Origin: Vicugna vicugna
Lineage: Eukaryota
DNA length: 64,000 bases
Assembly: GCA_013265495.1 (NCBI GenBank)
Contig: MU058252.1
Coordinates: 1,274,244 to 1,338,243, forward strand
Reading direction: 5' to 3'
Part shown: piece by piece, positions 54,255-64,000 of the stretch
Layout: each line of letters starts with the position of its first letter
Numbering within the stretch: the stretch's first letter is position 1
Translations under genes and position numbers: made by a program
Notes under the pieces: generated by a model
What the model was told of the DNA's origin: nothing
Database searches by the model: none
What the model saw: the letters and a program-made list of their open reading frames with translations, nothing else

Positions 54255-55300
54255 ACGTAGAATATCCTGCAGAAGCTATAAAAAAAACACTAAAACTAAT
54301 AGATGAGTTTAGCAAGATAAAAGAATGTAAGACGTGTATATACAAACACACACAAATCAATTATATTTTAGGAACTGAGCCCAATCTCTTCCCTACTGCA
54401 AAACTCCACCGCAGAGGCCCCCCTGAATAAAGCCTGCCTTACTGTCTTTAAAAAAAAAATGTATTTCCACATATGCTAGCAATAATGTATAAATAAAATT
54501 TAGAAAATAATTTCATTTATAACAGCATCAAAAAGAATTAAATACTTCGGAATAAATTTAATCAAAAAAGCACAAGATCTGTACACTGAAAATTATAAAA
54601 TACTATGGAAAAATTTTAAAGAAGACCGAAATGAAGAGATACATGATTTCATGTGTTGGAAGAGCAGGGTATCAATTCTCCCAAAATAAATCCACAGATT
54701 CAATGTAATCCCTATCAAAATCTTAATAATTTTTCTTTTGTAGACACTGGCAAGCTGACCCTAAAATTCATATGGAACTGCAGAAGACCTATAAGAGGCA
54801 AAACAATTCTGGAAAAGAACAAAGTTGGCGGGAATTACATTACCTGGTTTCAAAACTTAGAATAAAGCTATTAATCAAGACAGTGTCGTACTGGCATAAG
54901 GACAGAGATACCGATCAATGGAACATAAAACAATCTAGAAATAAACCCACACATTTATGATTAAGTGACTTTCAACAAAGTGCCACAACTAAATGAGGAA
55001 AAGAGTCTTTTCAACAAATTGTGCCAGAATGACTGGACATCCATATGCAAAATAACTAACTTAGACCCTACTTCACACCATAGGCAAAAATTAACTCAAC
55101 ATGTATCACTGACCTAAAAATCTAACAGTATAAAAGCTTCTAGAATTAAGTAAATATAGATCTTTGGATCTTGGTTAGGCAGAGTTGTTAGATATGGCAT
55201 CAAAAGCATAATCTTGAGTGGAAAGATCTGACAAACCGGACTTCATCAAAATTAGAAAACTTGACATTTCAAAGACACCATTAAAAAATGAAAAGAATAA
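54255..55300 (+). mobile_element. L1 ORF2 fragment (intermediate age)
   Basis: KLTLKFIWNCRRPIRGKTILEKNKVGG and IKTVSYWHKDRDTDQWN motifs in ORFs 54653-54865 and 54772-54960. Confidence 0.9.
54370..54459 (+). mobile_element. About 80-bp ERV1-LTR-like fragment (MER34-like) ending in poly-A, nested in L1
   Basis: ggaactgagcccaatctcttccctactgcaaaactcc...ctgAATAAAgcctgccttactgtcttt followed by A10. Confidence 0.6.
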
Positions 55301-55454
55301 TGTCAGATGTCAAACTTCTCCGTCAGCACTTCAGCTCCTTATCCATGAACTGAAGACACAGGTATATGTGACTTTAGGTTCTTTCTAGTTCTGGGGTGGG
55401 ATAATTTGGAAATGAAAGCTAGGCAAGTATTATTTCTTGATGAAAAAGAGTACG

Positions 55455-55870
55455 TAGGTCAGTTAAACTCCAAAAACAAACAAACTCATAGAAAAAGAGA
55501 TCAGATCTGTGGTTACCAGTCGTGGGGGTTGGGGGAGGGGAATTAATTCGATGAAGGTGGTCAAAGGTACAAACTACCAGTTATAAGTACGTACTAAGGA
55601 TAATTAACATAACTAACACTGCTGTATGTTATATATGAACATATACATATGTTTACTAAGAGAGTAAATCCTGACTTCCTATCACAAAAAATTTTTTTTC
55701 TTTTTTTTTAAATTTTATATCTATATAAGATGATGAATATTCACTAAACTTAACGGTGGTAACCATGTAACGATGTATGTTAAGTCAAATCATTATGCTG
55801 TACATCTTAAATTTATACAGTGCTGTCTGTCAATGATGTCTCAGTAAAACTGGAAGAGAAAAAGCAAAAG
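55455..55870 (+). mobile_element. L1 3' UTR (same subfamily as 59920-60402)
   Basis: aaactcatagaaaaagagatcagat...ggtacaaactaccagttataag...tacagtgctgtctgtcaatgatgtctcagtaaaactggaag. Confidence 0.88.
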
Positions 55871-56177
55871 AGGACAGTAAATCAGTTTAAATCAGTTTTG
55901 GTTCTCATTCTGGTCCCTGTAACATGACAACTGGGGTATATATACTCCCTCCATACCATCTTCCCAACTGCTGGCAAGGTTATTCTTCTAACAAAGATAC
56001 AGTGTTACTCTTCGGTTTAAAATCTTTAATGGCTCCCTATTGCCTACAATAAAAACTCAAAATTCCCAATTTACTTTCACTTCCTCATTTTCTCACAAAC
56101 TGGACTGGAGTTTCTTTCTTTTCTTTTCCTTTCTTTCCCTTTCCCTTCCTTCCTTCTTTTCTTTCTAAGAGGAGCAT

Positions 56178-56432
56178 TCTTTTCCAGCTTTACTGAGGTA
56201 TAATTGACAAATAAAATTGTTAAGATATTTAACGTGTACATCATGATTTGACATACATACACATGGTTAAAGGATTCCTCCTATCTAATTAATATATCCA
56301 TCACCTCTCACATACACACACACATATATAAAGTTCTACTCTCTTAGCAAATCTCAATTATATAATACACTGTTATTACCTACAGAAATCATGCTGTACA
56401 TTAGATCCTCAAACCTTGTCTTATAGGTGAAA
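56178..56432 (-). mobile_element. L1 3' end
   Basis: ttttccagctttactgaggtataattgacaaataaaattg...catgctgtacattagatcctc. Confidence 0.85.
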
Positions 56433-56449
56433 GGGTAATGGAGTTTCTA

Positions 56450-56655
56450 AAACAGCAAAGACCAGTGTCAGACACACCTGAATTCAAATCCTGACTCTCT
56501 CACTTACCAACTATGTGATCTTCCTGAAACTTAGCTTCTCCATCTGTGAAAGTGGAACTAATGATTCTGTCGCATGTGACTGTTAAGTATCAAGTAAGAT
56601 ACCGTCTGGTAAGCACTAGAAGTACCTAACCCACGATAGCCAGATACTAATTGTT
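56450..56655 (+). mobile_element. MIR
   Basis: gtcagacacacctgaattcaaatcctgactctctcacttaccaactatgtgatctt...cttctccatctgtgaaagtgg. Confidence 0.8.
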
Positions 56656-57175
56656 CTCCACCTTCTGGTCCTCTTCAACAAGGTATGTTTACATTCTTCA
56701 AGACTCAACTCAGATTTGTCTTTTTTCAATTCTCCTGCCTTAACTTCTTCCTTCTTTAAGCTTCCTACTTTGTGCAATCTTCCATCATAGGATTTGCCAT
56801 TGTGAATTAAGTTTGCTCCGAAATGGAAGAAACTGAGGGTAGAGATGCTGTATTATTTTAGTTTCTCCAGCATACAGTGCATAGTAGGTGCTCAGTAACA
56901 TCTTCTTTGGGTGATTAACAGAAAACGGACAGACAAAGAAACCCCAACTGAAAATAAAACATACGCTTTAAGAACATACTTTGGGGAAAACACAGATTTT
57001 AAGTCACCTATAATCTCACTGACGTTACATAGCCCATTTTAATATTTGATTCCTTCCCCTCGTTCATGTGGGTGGGAGGAAGGAAGAAAGCATGAAGTAC
57101 AGTAGAGAAAGAGCAAGAATATGAGCCCAAGCCCCCTGCCTCCTATACTATTTCTACCTCTGGAAAATGTTTTTT

Positions 57176-58558
57176 TTAACATTTTTTATTGATTTATAGT
57201 CATTTTACAATGTTGTGTCAAATTCCAGTGTTCAGCACAATTTTTCATTCATACATGGACATATACACACTCATTGTCACATTTTTTTCTCTGTGAGCTA
57301 CCACAACATTTTGTGTATATTTCCCTGTGCTATACAGTATAATCTTGTTTATCTATTTTACAATTTTGAAATCCCAGTCTATCCCTTCCCACCCTCCACC
57401 CACCCTGGCAACCACAAGTCTGTATTCTCTGTCTATGAGTCTATTTCTGTCCTGTATTTACGCTTTGTTTTTGTTTGTTTGTTTGTTTTTGTTTTTTAGA
57501 TTCCGCATATGAGCGATCTCATATGGTATTTTTCTTTCTCTTTCTGGCTTACTTCACTTAGAATGACATTTTCCAGGAGCATCCATGATGCTGCAAATGG
57601 TATTATGTTGTCGGTTTTTATGGCTGAGTAGTATTCCATTGTATAAATATACCACTACTTCTTTATCCAGTCACCTGTTGATGGACATTTAGGCTGTTTC
57701 CATGTTTTGGCTATTGTAAATAGTGCTGCTATGAACATTGGGGTGCAGGTGTCATCCTGAAGTAGGGTTCCTTCTGGATACAAGCCCAGGAGTGGGATTC
57801 CTGGGTCATATGGTAAGTCTATTCCTAGTCTTTTGAGGAATCTCCACACTGTCTTCCATAGTGGCTGCACCAAACTGCATTCCCACCAGCAGTGTAGGAG
57901 GGTTCCCCTTTCTCCACAGCCTCTCCAGCATTTATCATTTGTGGATTTTTGAATGACAGCCATTCTGACTGGTGTGAGGTGATACCTCATCGTAGTTTTG
58001 ATTTGCATTTCTCTGATAATTAGTGATACTGAGCATTTTTTCATGTGCCGTTTGATCATTTGTATGTCTTCCTTGGAGAATTGCTTGTTTAGGTCTTCTG
58101 CCCATTTTTGGATTGGGTTGTTTAATTTTTTCTTATTGAGCCGTATGAGCTGCTTATATATTCTGGAGATCGAGCCTTTGTCGGTTTCATTTGCAAAAAT
58201 TTTCTCCCATTCCGCAGGTTGTCTTCTTGTTTTACTTATGGTTACCTTTGCTGTGCAGAAGCTTGTAAGTTTCATTAGGTCCCATTTGTTTATTCTTGCT
58301 TTTATTTCTACTAGAAGAAAATTTTTGAGATATATGTCAGATAATGTTTTGCCTAAGTCTTCCTCTAGGTTTATTGTATCTTGTCTTATGTTTAAGTCTT
58401 TGATCCATTTTGAGTTGATTTTTGTATATGGTGTAAGGGAGTGTTCTAGCTTCACTGTTTTACATGCTGCTGTCCAGTTTTCCCAACACCATTTGCTGAA
58501 GAGACTGTCTTTATTCCATTGTATATTCTTGCCTCCTTTGTCGAAGATTAGTTGACCA
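57176..58558 (-). mobile_element. Young 5'-truncated L1 (1383 bp): ORF2 C-terminal domain plus 3' UTR
   Basis: The ORF2 frame is open for about 300 codons (58558 to 57655), including the CWRGC...HCWWEC cysteine-rich motif. After one TAG it continues in frame to the natural TAA at 57496-57498. Perfect 15-bp TSD TGGAAAATGTTTTTT at 57161-57175 and 58559-58573. Confidence 0.97.
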
Positions 58559-58729
58559 TGGAAAATGTTTTTTATATTTAATAGTATTAATAAACACATC
58601 CCTTAATTAATACGATGTAATACAACAGTCCACCTCATGGTCATATGCAATTATAGGTGACAAAACATACTCCAAAGTCAAACATGCCTTTTTGGACAAA
58701 GCTAAATGTTACTCTATATGGTTTATATC

Positions 58730-59100
58730 AGTGGTCTTCACCAAATATTTGCAATCCTCCCTCTAGAAAGGATTTCACTTCCCTGCCCCCTTGAAGTTAG
58801 ATGCTACCATGTGACTTTCTCAGACCAACGAAAATGGAACCAATACGTGCCACTTCTGGAGAGCCTCTGAGAGCCAGGGCACAATCTGCCATGTTCTCTT
58901 TTTCCTGCCTTCGCAACTGTGGACAGACAGAGATGGTGTCTCCCTTCATCATCTCTGTCAAGGTATAGTTGTTGTCAAGGAAAGCTGCCAAGGCAGACCA
59001 TGATGTTCGTGTAGCATGAGCAAGAAATAAACCTCTGTTGCCCAAAGCCAGTAAGAATTGAAGCTGTTTGTTATTACAGTATATTCTAGATATTGACATA
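58730..59100 (+). mobile_element. MLT1-family solo LTR
   Basis: cacttccctgcccccttgaagttagatgctaccatgtgactt...tagcatgagcaagaaataaacctctgttg...gctgtttgttattacag. Confidence 0.8.
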
Positions 59101-59163
59101 TATAAAAAGTTTAGTATTTCTCTACGTCACCCCCATCTCCAGCTTTAAGAATGTTCTGCACAA

Positions 59164-59377
59164 CACTTTCTTTGTTTAGCTTTTCTCCTTCAGCATAAGG
59201 ATTTTAATACCCATCCATGTTTTGCATGTATCAATAGTTCGTTCCTTTTTACTGATGAACAGTGTTCCATGGTACAAATATACTACTATTTTCTATCCAT
59301 TTACCAATTGATGGACTTTCTGTTACTTCCAGTTTTGGCAATTACAAATAAAACTGCTAGAAACATTAAAAAAAAAA
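59164..59377 (+). mobile_element. TSD-flanked retrocopy made of antisense old-L1 sequence with its own poly-A
   Basis: Perfect 17-bp TSD AAGAATGTTCTGCACAA at 59147-59163 and 59378-59394. AATAAA at 59347-59352. A-tail starts at 59368. Confidence 0.85.
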
Positions 59378-59617
59378 AAGAATGTTCTGCACAAAGTTGG
59401 GACTCAGGTTTACTACACACTTTCTAAAATATGGAATGAATTTTAGGATATTTTTTAAAAGGAAAAAAAGACAGTCCAACGGCTAGCAGAATCAAATATT
59501 TTCAATGAAAAGATTTTAAAAACTGAAATAACTGCACACAAAAAAGGCTACAGTGTACAGAGGTAATATATGGATGGCAGTACTTTAATAATACTAATAT
59601 TAGCAATAATAACAATT

Positions 59618-59621
59618 AATA

Positions 59622-59651
<30 letters not shown>
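59618..59651. repeat. (AAT)n microsatellite, one interruption
   Basis: Read directly from the sequence. Confidence 0.95.
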
Positions 59652-59652
<1 letters not shown>

Positions 59653-59919
59653 CCTATTTACCCAAAATAAATACTTCTACTACTTCCTCTCCTTGCAGAG
59701 GCTGAAATCACAGAACTCCAGATTCCACAGAGCATCGCAAGCGGTCACTACCAATCAATGAGGGCTGGCCCTCAATATGAAATCTATCTGCCATCATTCT
59801 AACACACCAGAAAACCTCGACCTATGAAAACAGTAGGTTGCTGAAAGCAGTGGAGACTGTTACCTGCTTCTGCAATGTTCACTCCCATGCTTAGCTAACA
59901 CCACTCTAAATCTAGCTAG

Positions 59920-60402
59920 TGGTGATCTTATAATGTACAGAAATATTAAATCACTAAGTTGTGCACCAGGAACTAACCTAGTGTTGTAGGTCAATTATAC
60001 TTCAAAAGCAAACAGATTCATAGAAAAAGAGATCAGATTTGTGGTTTTCAGAGGAAGGGGGTGGGGGAGGGGGTGGATGAAGGTGATTAAACAGTACAAA
60101 CTTCCAGTCATAAGATAAATAAGTACTAGGGATGTAATATACAACATGATTAACGTAATTAACTCTGCTGTATGTTACATATGAAAGTTACAATACTAAT
60201 AGAGCTAATCCTAAGAGTTCCTATCACAAGGAAAAAAATGTTTTCTTTTGGTTTTATTTTGTATCTGCGTGAGATGATGGATGTTTATGAAACTTACTGT
60301 GGCAATTATTTCATGATGTAAGTCAAGTCATCATGCTCTACACTTTAAACTTACACAGTGCTGTATGTCAATGAAATCTCAGTAAAACTAGAAGGGAAAT
60401 AA
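59920..60402 (+). mobile_element. L1 3' UTR
   Basis: Colinear with 55455-55870 and ends tctcagtaaaactagaagggaaataaa. Confidence 0.88.
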
Positions 60403-60419
60403 ACAGATCTACCCTAGGC

Positions 60420-60810
60420 AGCAATGCACTCAGCTAAGGACTAAATTCCCTTTGCAGCTACATGTGGCCAGAGGACACAAGCTGAAGCATATGGTACTTC
60501 TTAGAAGGGTGTTCTACATGGAGGGACTGTGCCCTTGGTCTGCTTCCTCCATTCTACTTCAGGGGATACATGTGTTTAATGACTAGGGCGCTAGGAACTA
60601 TCACGGAATCCGAGGGCAAAAGCCATATCCTAGAAATGACTAAGCAGTCAGAAAAAAGGAGCCAAATCCTCAATGATTTTGCAGCGCAGAGGCATGAAAC
60701 CAGCACTAGCGCTCACCCTCCAGACTTTGACATGAGAGAAATCAACATTCCTATTCTTGTCACTACTACTTGGGAGTTTTCTATCATATAAAGACAAACC
60801 TAATCCAGGC
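60420..60810 (+). mobile_element. Degenerate MLT1 LTR
   Basis: ccctttgcagctacatgtggcca...cctccagactttgacatgagagaaatcaacattcctattcttgt. Confidence 0.65.
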
Positions 60811-61234
60811 CCAAGAACAGAACCCAAGCATTCTGACATAGAGTCCAGGATACTCCAAATTTTTATATATATATATATATATTTGGATAATTATTATTAT
60901 TACAAATATACATGACTAAGTCAAAAAGAATCAAACTAAAATTTTTTGAAGATTAATATAATTATTTTCTCTCTCCACTATACATTATTTATTTATAGTC
61001 CAATCTACACTGTGACAACTACATTTTTAAATATCACTTAAATTCTTTAATAATAAAAATCCATCTCTATTTAGAATACCTTAGTGAAATGAGGGGCAGA
61101 CGGTAGGGGGCAGCCTCACTTAACTATCTCAGTAAAAAGAAGTTGGAAACAATACTGATTTTTCATCATTCATATCTCAGTTTTTTTTTTTTGTTCTTAG
61201 AGTCTCTTAATTCACAAAATCATCTGCTTCCATT

Positions 61235-61714
61235 CTACACTGCTATATAACAAACCACCACAAAATATAGCAGATTAAAACAACAACCATTTTACTTACT
61301 CATAATTTTGCAGTCTGGGCTAGGCTCAGCTGGCTGGTTCCTCTGCTAGTCTTAGCCCTGGTCAGTTCTGTAGCTGTATTCAACAAGCAATTCACTTGGA
61401 GGCTGAACTCAGCTGGGACACTGGGAGAGCTGCGCATCCCTCTTCCCCAATAGTTGCAGAATCCCTCCCTCTCTGCATGGTCACTCCAGCAAGGTCTGAC
61501 CTAGCTTCTCCCATGGTGACTCAGCGCTGCAAGCATGCAAAAGTGGAAGTTCCAGGCCTTGTTAAAATTCAGGCCTTAAATTAGCAGTGTCATTTTTTTC
61601 TGCGTTCTACTGGTTCAAGTGAGCCACAGGGCTAGCCAAGATACATGGAGAGGTGACGATACAACATGAATACCCACAGGTGCTCACTGGGGGTCTCCAA
61701 TGTAATAGACTACC
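61235..61714 (-). mobile_element. MLT1-family LTR
   Basis: ctgctatataacaaaccaccacaaaatatagcagattaaaacaacaaccattt...ctgggctaggctcagctggctggttc. Confidence 0.8.
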
Positions 61715-62649
61715 TTCTCCCCCTGTATTTACTGAATAGGTGAACACCTTGATGTATGACCTTTAGCATGCTATAATCACGCCGGGGCTCAAGCGTCTGT
61801 AAAATAAGAGGTCAGATTAAATGTTTCTGGAATGCTCATCTAGTTTTAATATTCTGTAACTCTAAGTACATAAATCTAATATGAGAAAAACTCGGCCATA
61901 TCAACCAAATGCTTCAACCCTGGTAGAACAATTCATTGATGAGAGCTTTAAGTTAAAGAATATGGTTATTCTTTAATACGCTTCACATTGTTATTCCATA
62001 TGCAACTAGGTGCTTACTCCAAACACATGGTACATGTCATTAGGATCCCAAAGATTAGAAAACCGAGGAATTTTTTTTTGCTAGGCTCCACATTAAGAAC
62101 AAAATGACACAAATGTCACTAAGATCATCAACTATGTTGTTTCTAATATAAATGTATTACACTGAGGTGTAAAGAGTAAAAGTGATCCAGTATAAAAAGA
62201 CTAAGAAATAATTTTAAAACCACCAAATAATCAGTCTCATTTAGGGAGACCTACTGATAAAATCATGGTCAGCAGCGCTGTAATATAAAAAGATCACTAT
62301 GACAACATTCTCAAGTTTGGGTAATAAAACATTTTTTAGACGATTTTGTATAACATTACTACATATACAGCTTCTAGGGAATTGCTTTGGTTGTTTTTCA
62401 TGATAAGAAACATTCTATAGAGATTTCTGCTGACCTGGCTTTTCCATCTTTTTCTATTTATTAGGGACAGCAGTACAGAATGGAAATCTTTATTGTCCCC
62501 CATCCCCAATCCCCATACCATAACTACTACAAGATTTTATGCCATGGCATTTTTTAGAGTGAGTCTGGCACCTCATGACACATGTCTGCCAATAACAAGT
62601 CCTATGACGTCAGGCACACACTGGATGATGATGGTAACAGCAGTAACGG

Positions 62650-62885
62650 TAACAGCGAAGTCTTACAATACTGCGTCTGAATAGCACTTAGTTTGTGCCA
62701 GGCATGTTCTAAATTCTATACATACACAAATTCACAACAATCCTAAATGGGAGGTGCTATTATGCCAATCTGCAGACAAGGCAACCAAGGCAGAAAAAGT
62801 GAAGTCACTTACAAAGGTCAAACAGTCATTACATAGCAGAACTCAGATCTGAATTTAGGTAATCTTGGCTCCAGAATCAGTTATG
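62650..62885 (-). mobile_element. MIR
   Basis: agcacttagtttgtgccaggcatgttcta...gtgaagtcacttacaaaggtcaaacag. Confidence 0.75.
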
Positions 62886-63864
62886 TTCCCAGACCTTAGT
62901 TTTTCTCATTTGTAAAACAAGATTATGGTTTTTAAACTTATTGGCTTTTTAAAAATTGCACAGATGTATATATGAAAGTAGATGTATTATTTATTTTGTA
63001 TCCTTTTAAATCATTTTATATGCACAAAATATATACACAGTTTGGGTCTGTGTGTTTTTTACAAAATAGAGTTAGTACTAAACTTACTGTTTTGCCAATT
63101 CTTGGAAAATTTTTCCTCAGGTCAACAAATGTATCACAGACATCCTCCCACTTTGGTACCCACAGATCTACCTCTCTGTCCTGATAAAAACTACGTGGTT
63201 GTCCACTGGTGGATATTTTGTTCTTGCCAATTTTTCTCTGCTAGTTTTCTACCTTTCTCTACTGCCACGAGCATCACTGCATGTATACACTGGCCTGTAT
63301 GTACTGGGAATATAGTCTGATTTCCTTTCTCATCTTCATGGGCTGTCTTGGTGCCTTTTCCCCCCATCTACTGAAGGTAAATAAGCATCTTGATCCTTTT
63401 CCTATTTTCCACATATTCTCCACATTTACAGTGATTTCAGATTAAGTCAGATTTTTAATTACCTATCCTAATCCAGCTCCTAAATTCTAATCGCACATCC
63501 CCAAAGATTCCCAAGTCTTGTAGATATCTACGCCAGAAACTCAAAATTCCTCCCCTGCATTGACTGAAATCTCTCTTCCTTTCCATCCACACTACCAACA
63601 GTTTACCCTCTGCCTAGATCACCTCACACCAGGACTATGCAATATCCCATTATCTCTGCCTCCAGGTAACTTCCCTCTTCATATTATTACCAGGATGATT
63701 TTCCTAAAATAGCCATTATCAAATCATTAAGTATTCGAGTACCTACATCCAACCATATAAAATGTACACAGGTTACAAAATAATGTAGTAACATTCTTTT
63801 TCTCAGGAAGACTGCAAATATCTACTTTTAAAACTTTAAAAAATAAAACAATCTAGGCATAAAG

Positions 63865-64000
63865 CAGAGGTTGAAGACCTGCAGTCCACTGGCAGTCCAT
63901 AAATGAAACCTAGCCCACAAGATATAGTTCCAAATAGTGTTTTAGATCTTAATTAATTGAAAATGTTTAACAATCAAGAGATTTCACATAAAAATCCAGG
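63865..64000. mobile_element. hAT-Charlie MITE (MER102/MER58-like), runs off the window
   Basis: Starts cagaggttgaagacctgcagtcc and ends aatcaagagatttcacataaaaatccagg. Confidence 0.55.

Larger units (their letters stand above)
7584..64000 (-). other. KMT2C: KMT2C intron 1 (partial; exon 1 lies beyond the right edge)
   Basis: Lies upstream of exon 2 on the minus strand. No exon-1 peptide (MSSEEDKS...RPRGRPRK) or large CpG island is in the window. The A-rich plus strand fits transcription of the minus strand. Confidence 0.88.

Noticed and set aside
57998..58555. 185-aa plus-strand ORF
   Set aside because: Antisense shadow frame of L1 ORF2, commonly open in young copies.
57655..58599. 314-aa ORF as a host gene
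   Set aside because: It is the ORF2 C-terminus of a 5'-truncated L1. The start codon lies in flanking DNA outside the TSD.
55455..60402. Two similar ~400-bp segments as a local duplication
   Set aside because: Both are 3' UTRs of the same L1 subfamily with many differences and unrelated flanks, so independent insertions.
1..64000. CRISPR array, operon, rRNA, snoRNA or foreign insert
   Set aside because: No regularly spaced repeats, dense coding blocks, convincing C/D or H/ACA structure, or compositionally alien segment seen by eye. An Infernal/Rfam scan would be needed to exclude small RNAs.

Overview
Mammalian intronic DNA, almost certainly camelid, because it carries several Vic-1-type tRNA-derived SINEs. 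The window lies inside KMT2C (MLL3) on the minus strand. The only supportable coding sequence is the 89-bp exon 2 at 7495-7583 (PRSRGKTAVEDEDSMDGLETTETENTVET, AG/GT boundaries). Bases 1-7494 are intron 2 and 7584-64000 are most of the long intron 1. The rest is mostly layered repeats: old L1, L2, MIR, MLT1 LTRs, hAT and Tigger MITEs, young L1 3' ends and SINEs with readable target-site duplications (TSDs). The other ORFs in the track are L1 remnants or chance frames. I did not find a new gene system. Two things deserve follow-up. First, four TSD-flanked insertions carry non-standard cargo: an antisense old-L1 piece polyadenylated on the wrong strand, an L1 joined to unique 3'UTR-like sequence, a polyadenylated LTR end, and an L1 tail followed by an ORF2 piece. 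Second, a repeat-poor block at about 47.5-53 kb holds a CpG cluster and candidate cryptic exons that may act as an internal promoter or poison exons. Repeat subfamily names come from my memory of consensus sequences, and repeat boundaries are approximate unless a TSD is quoted.
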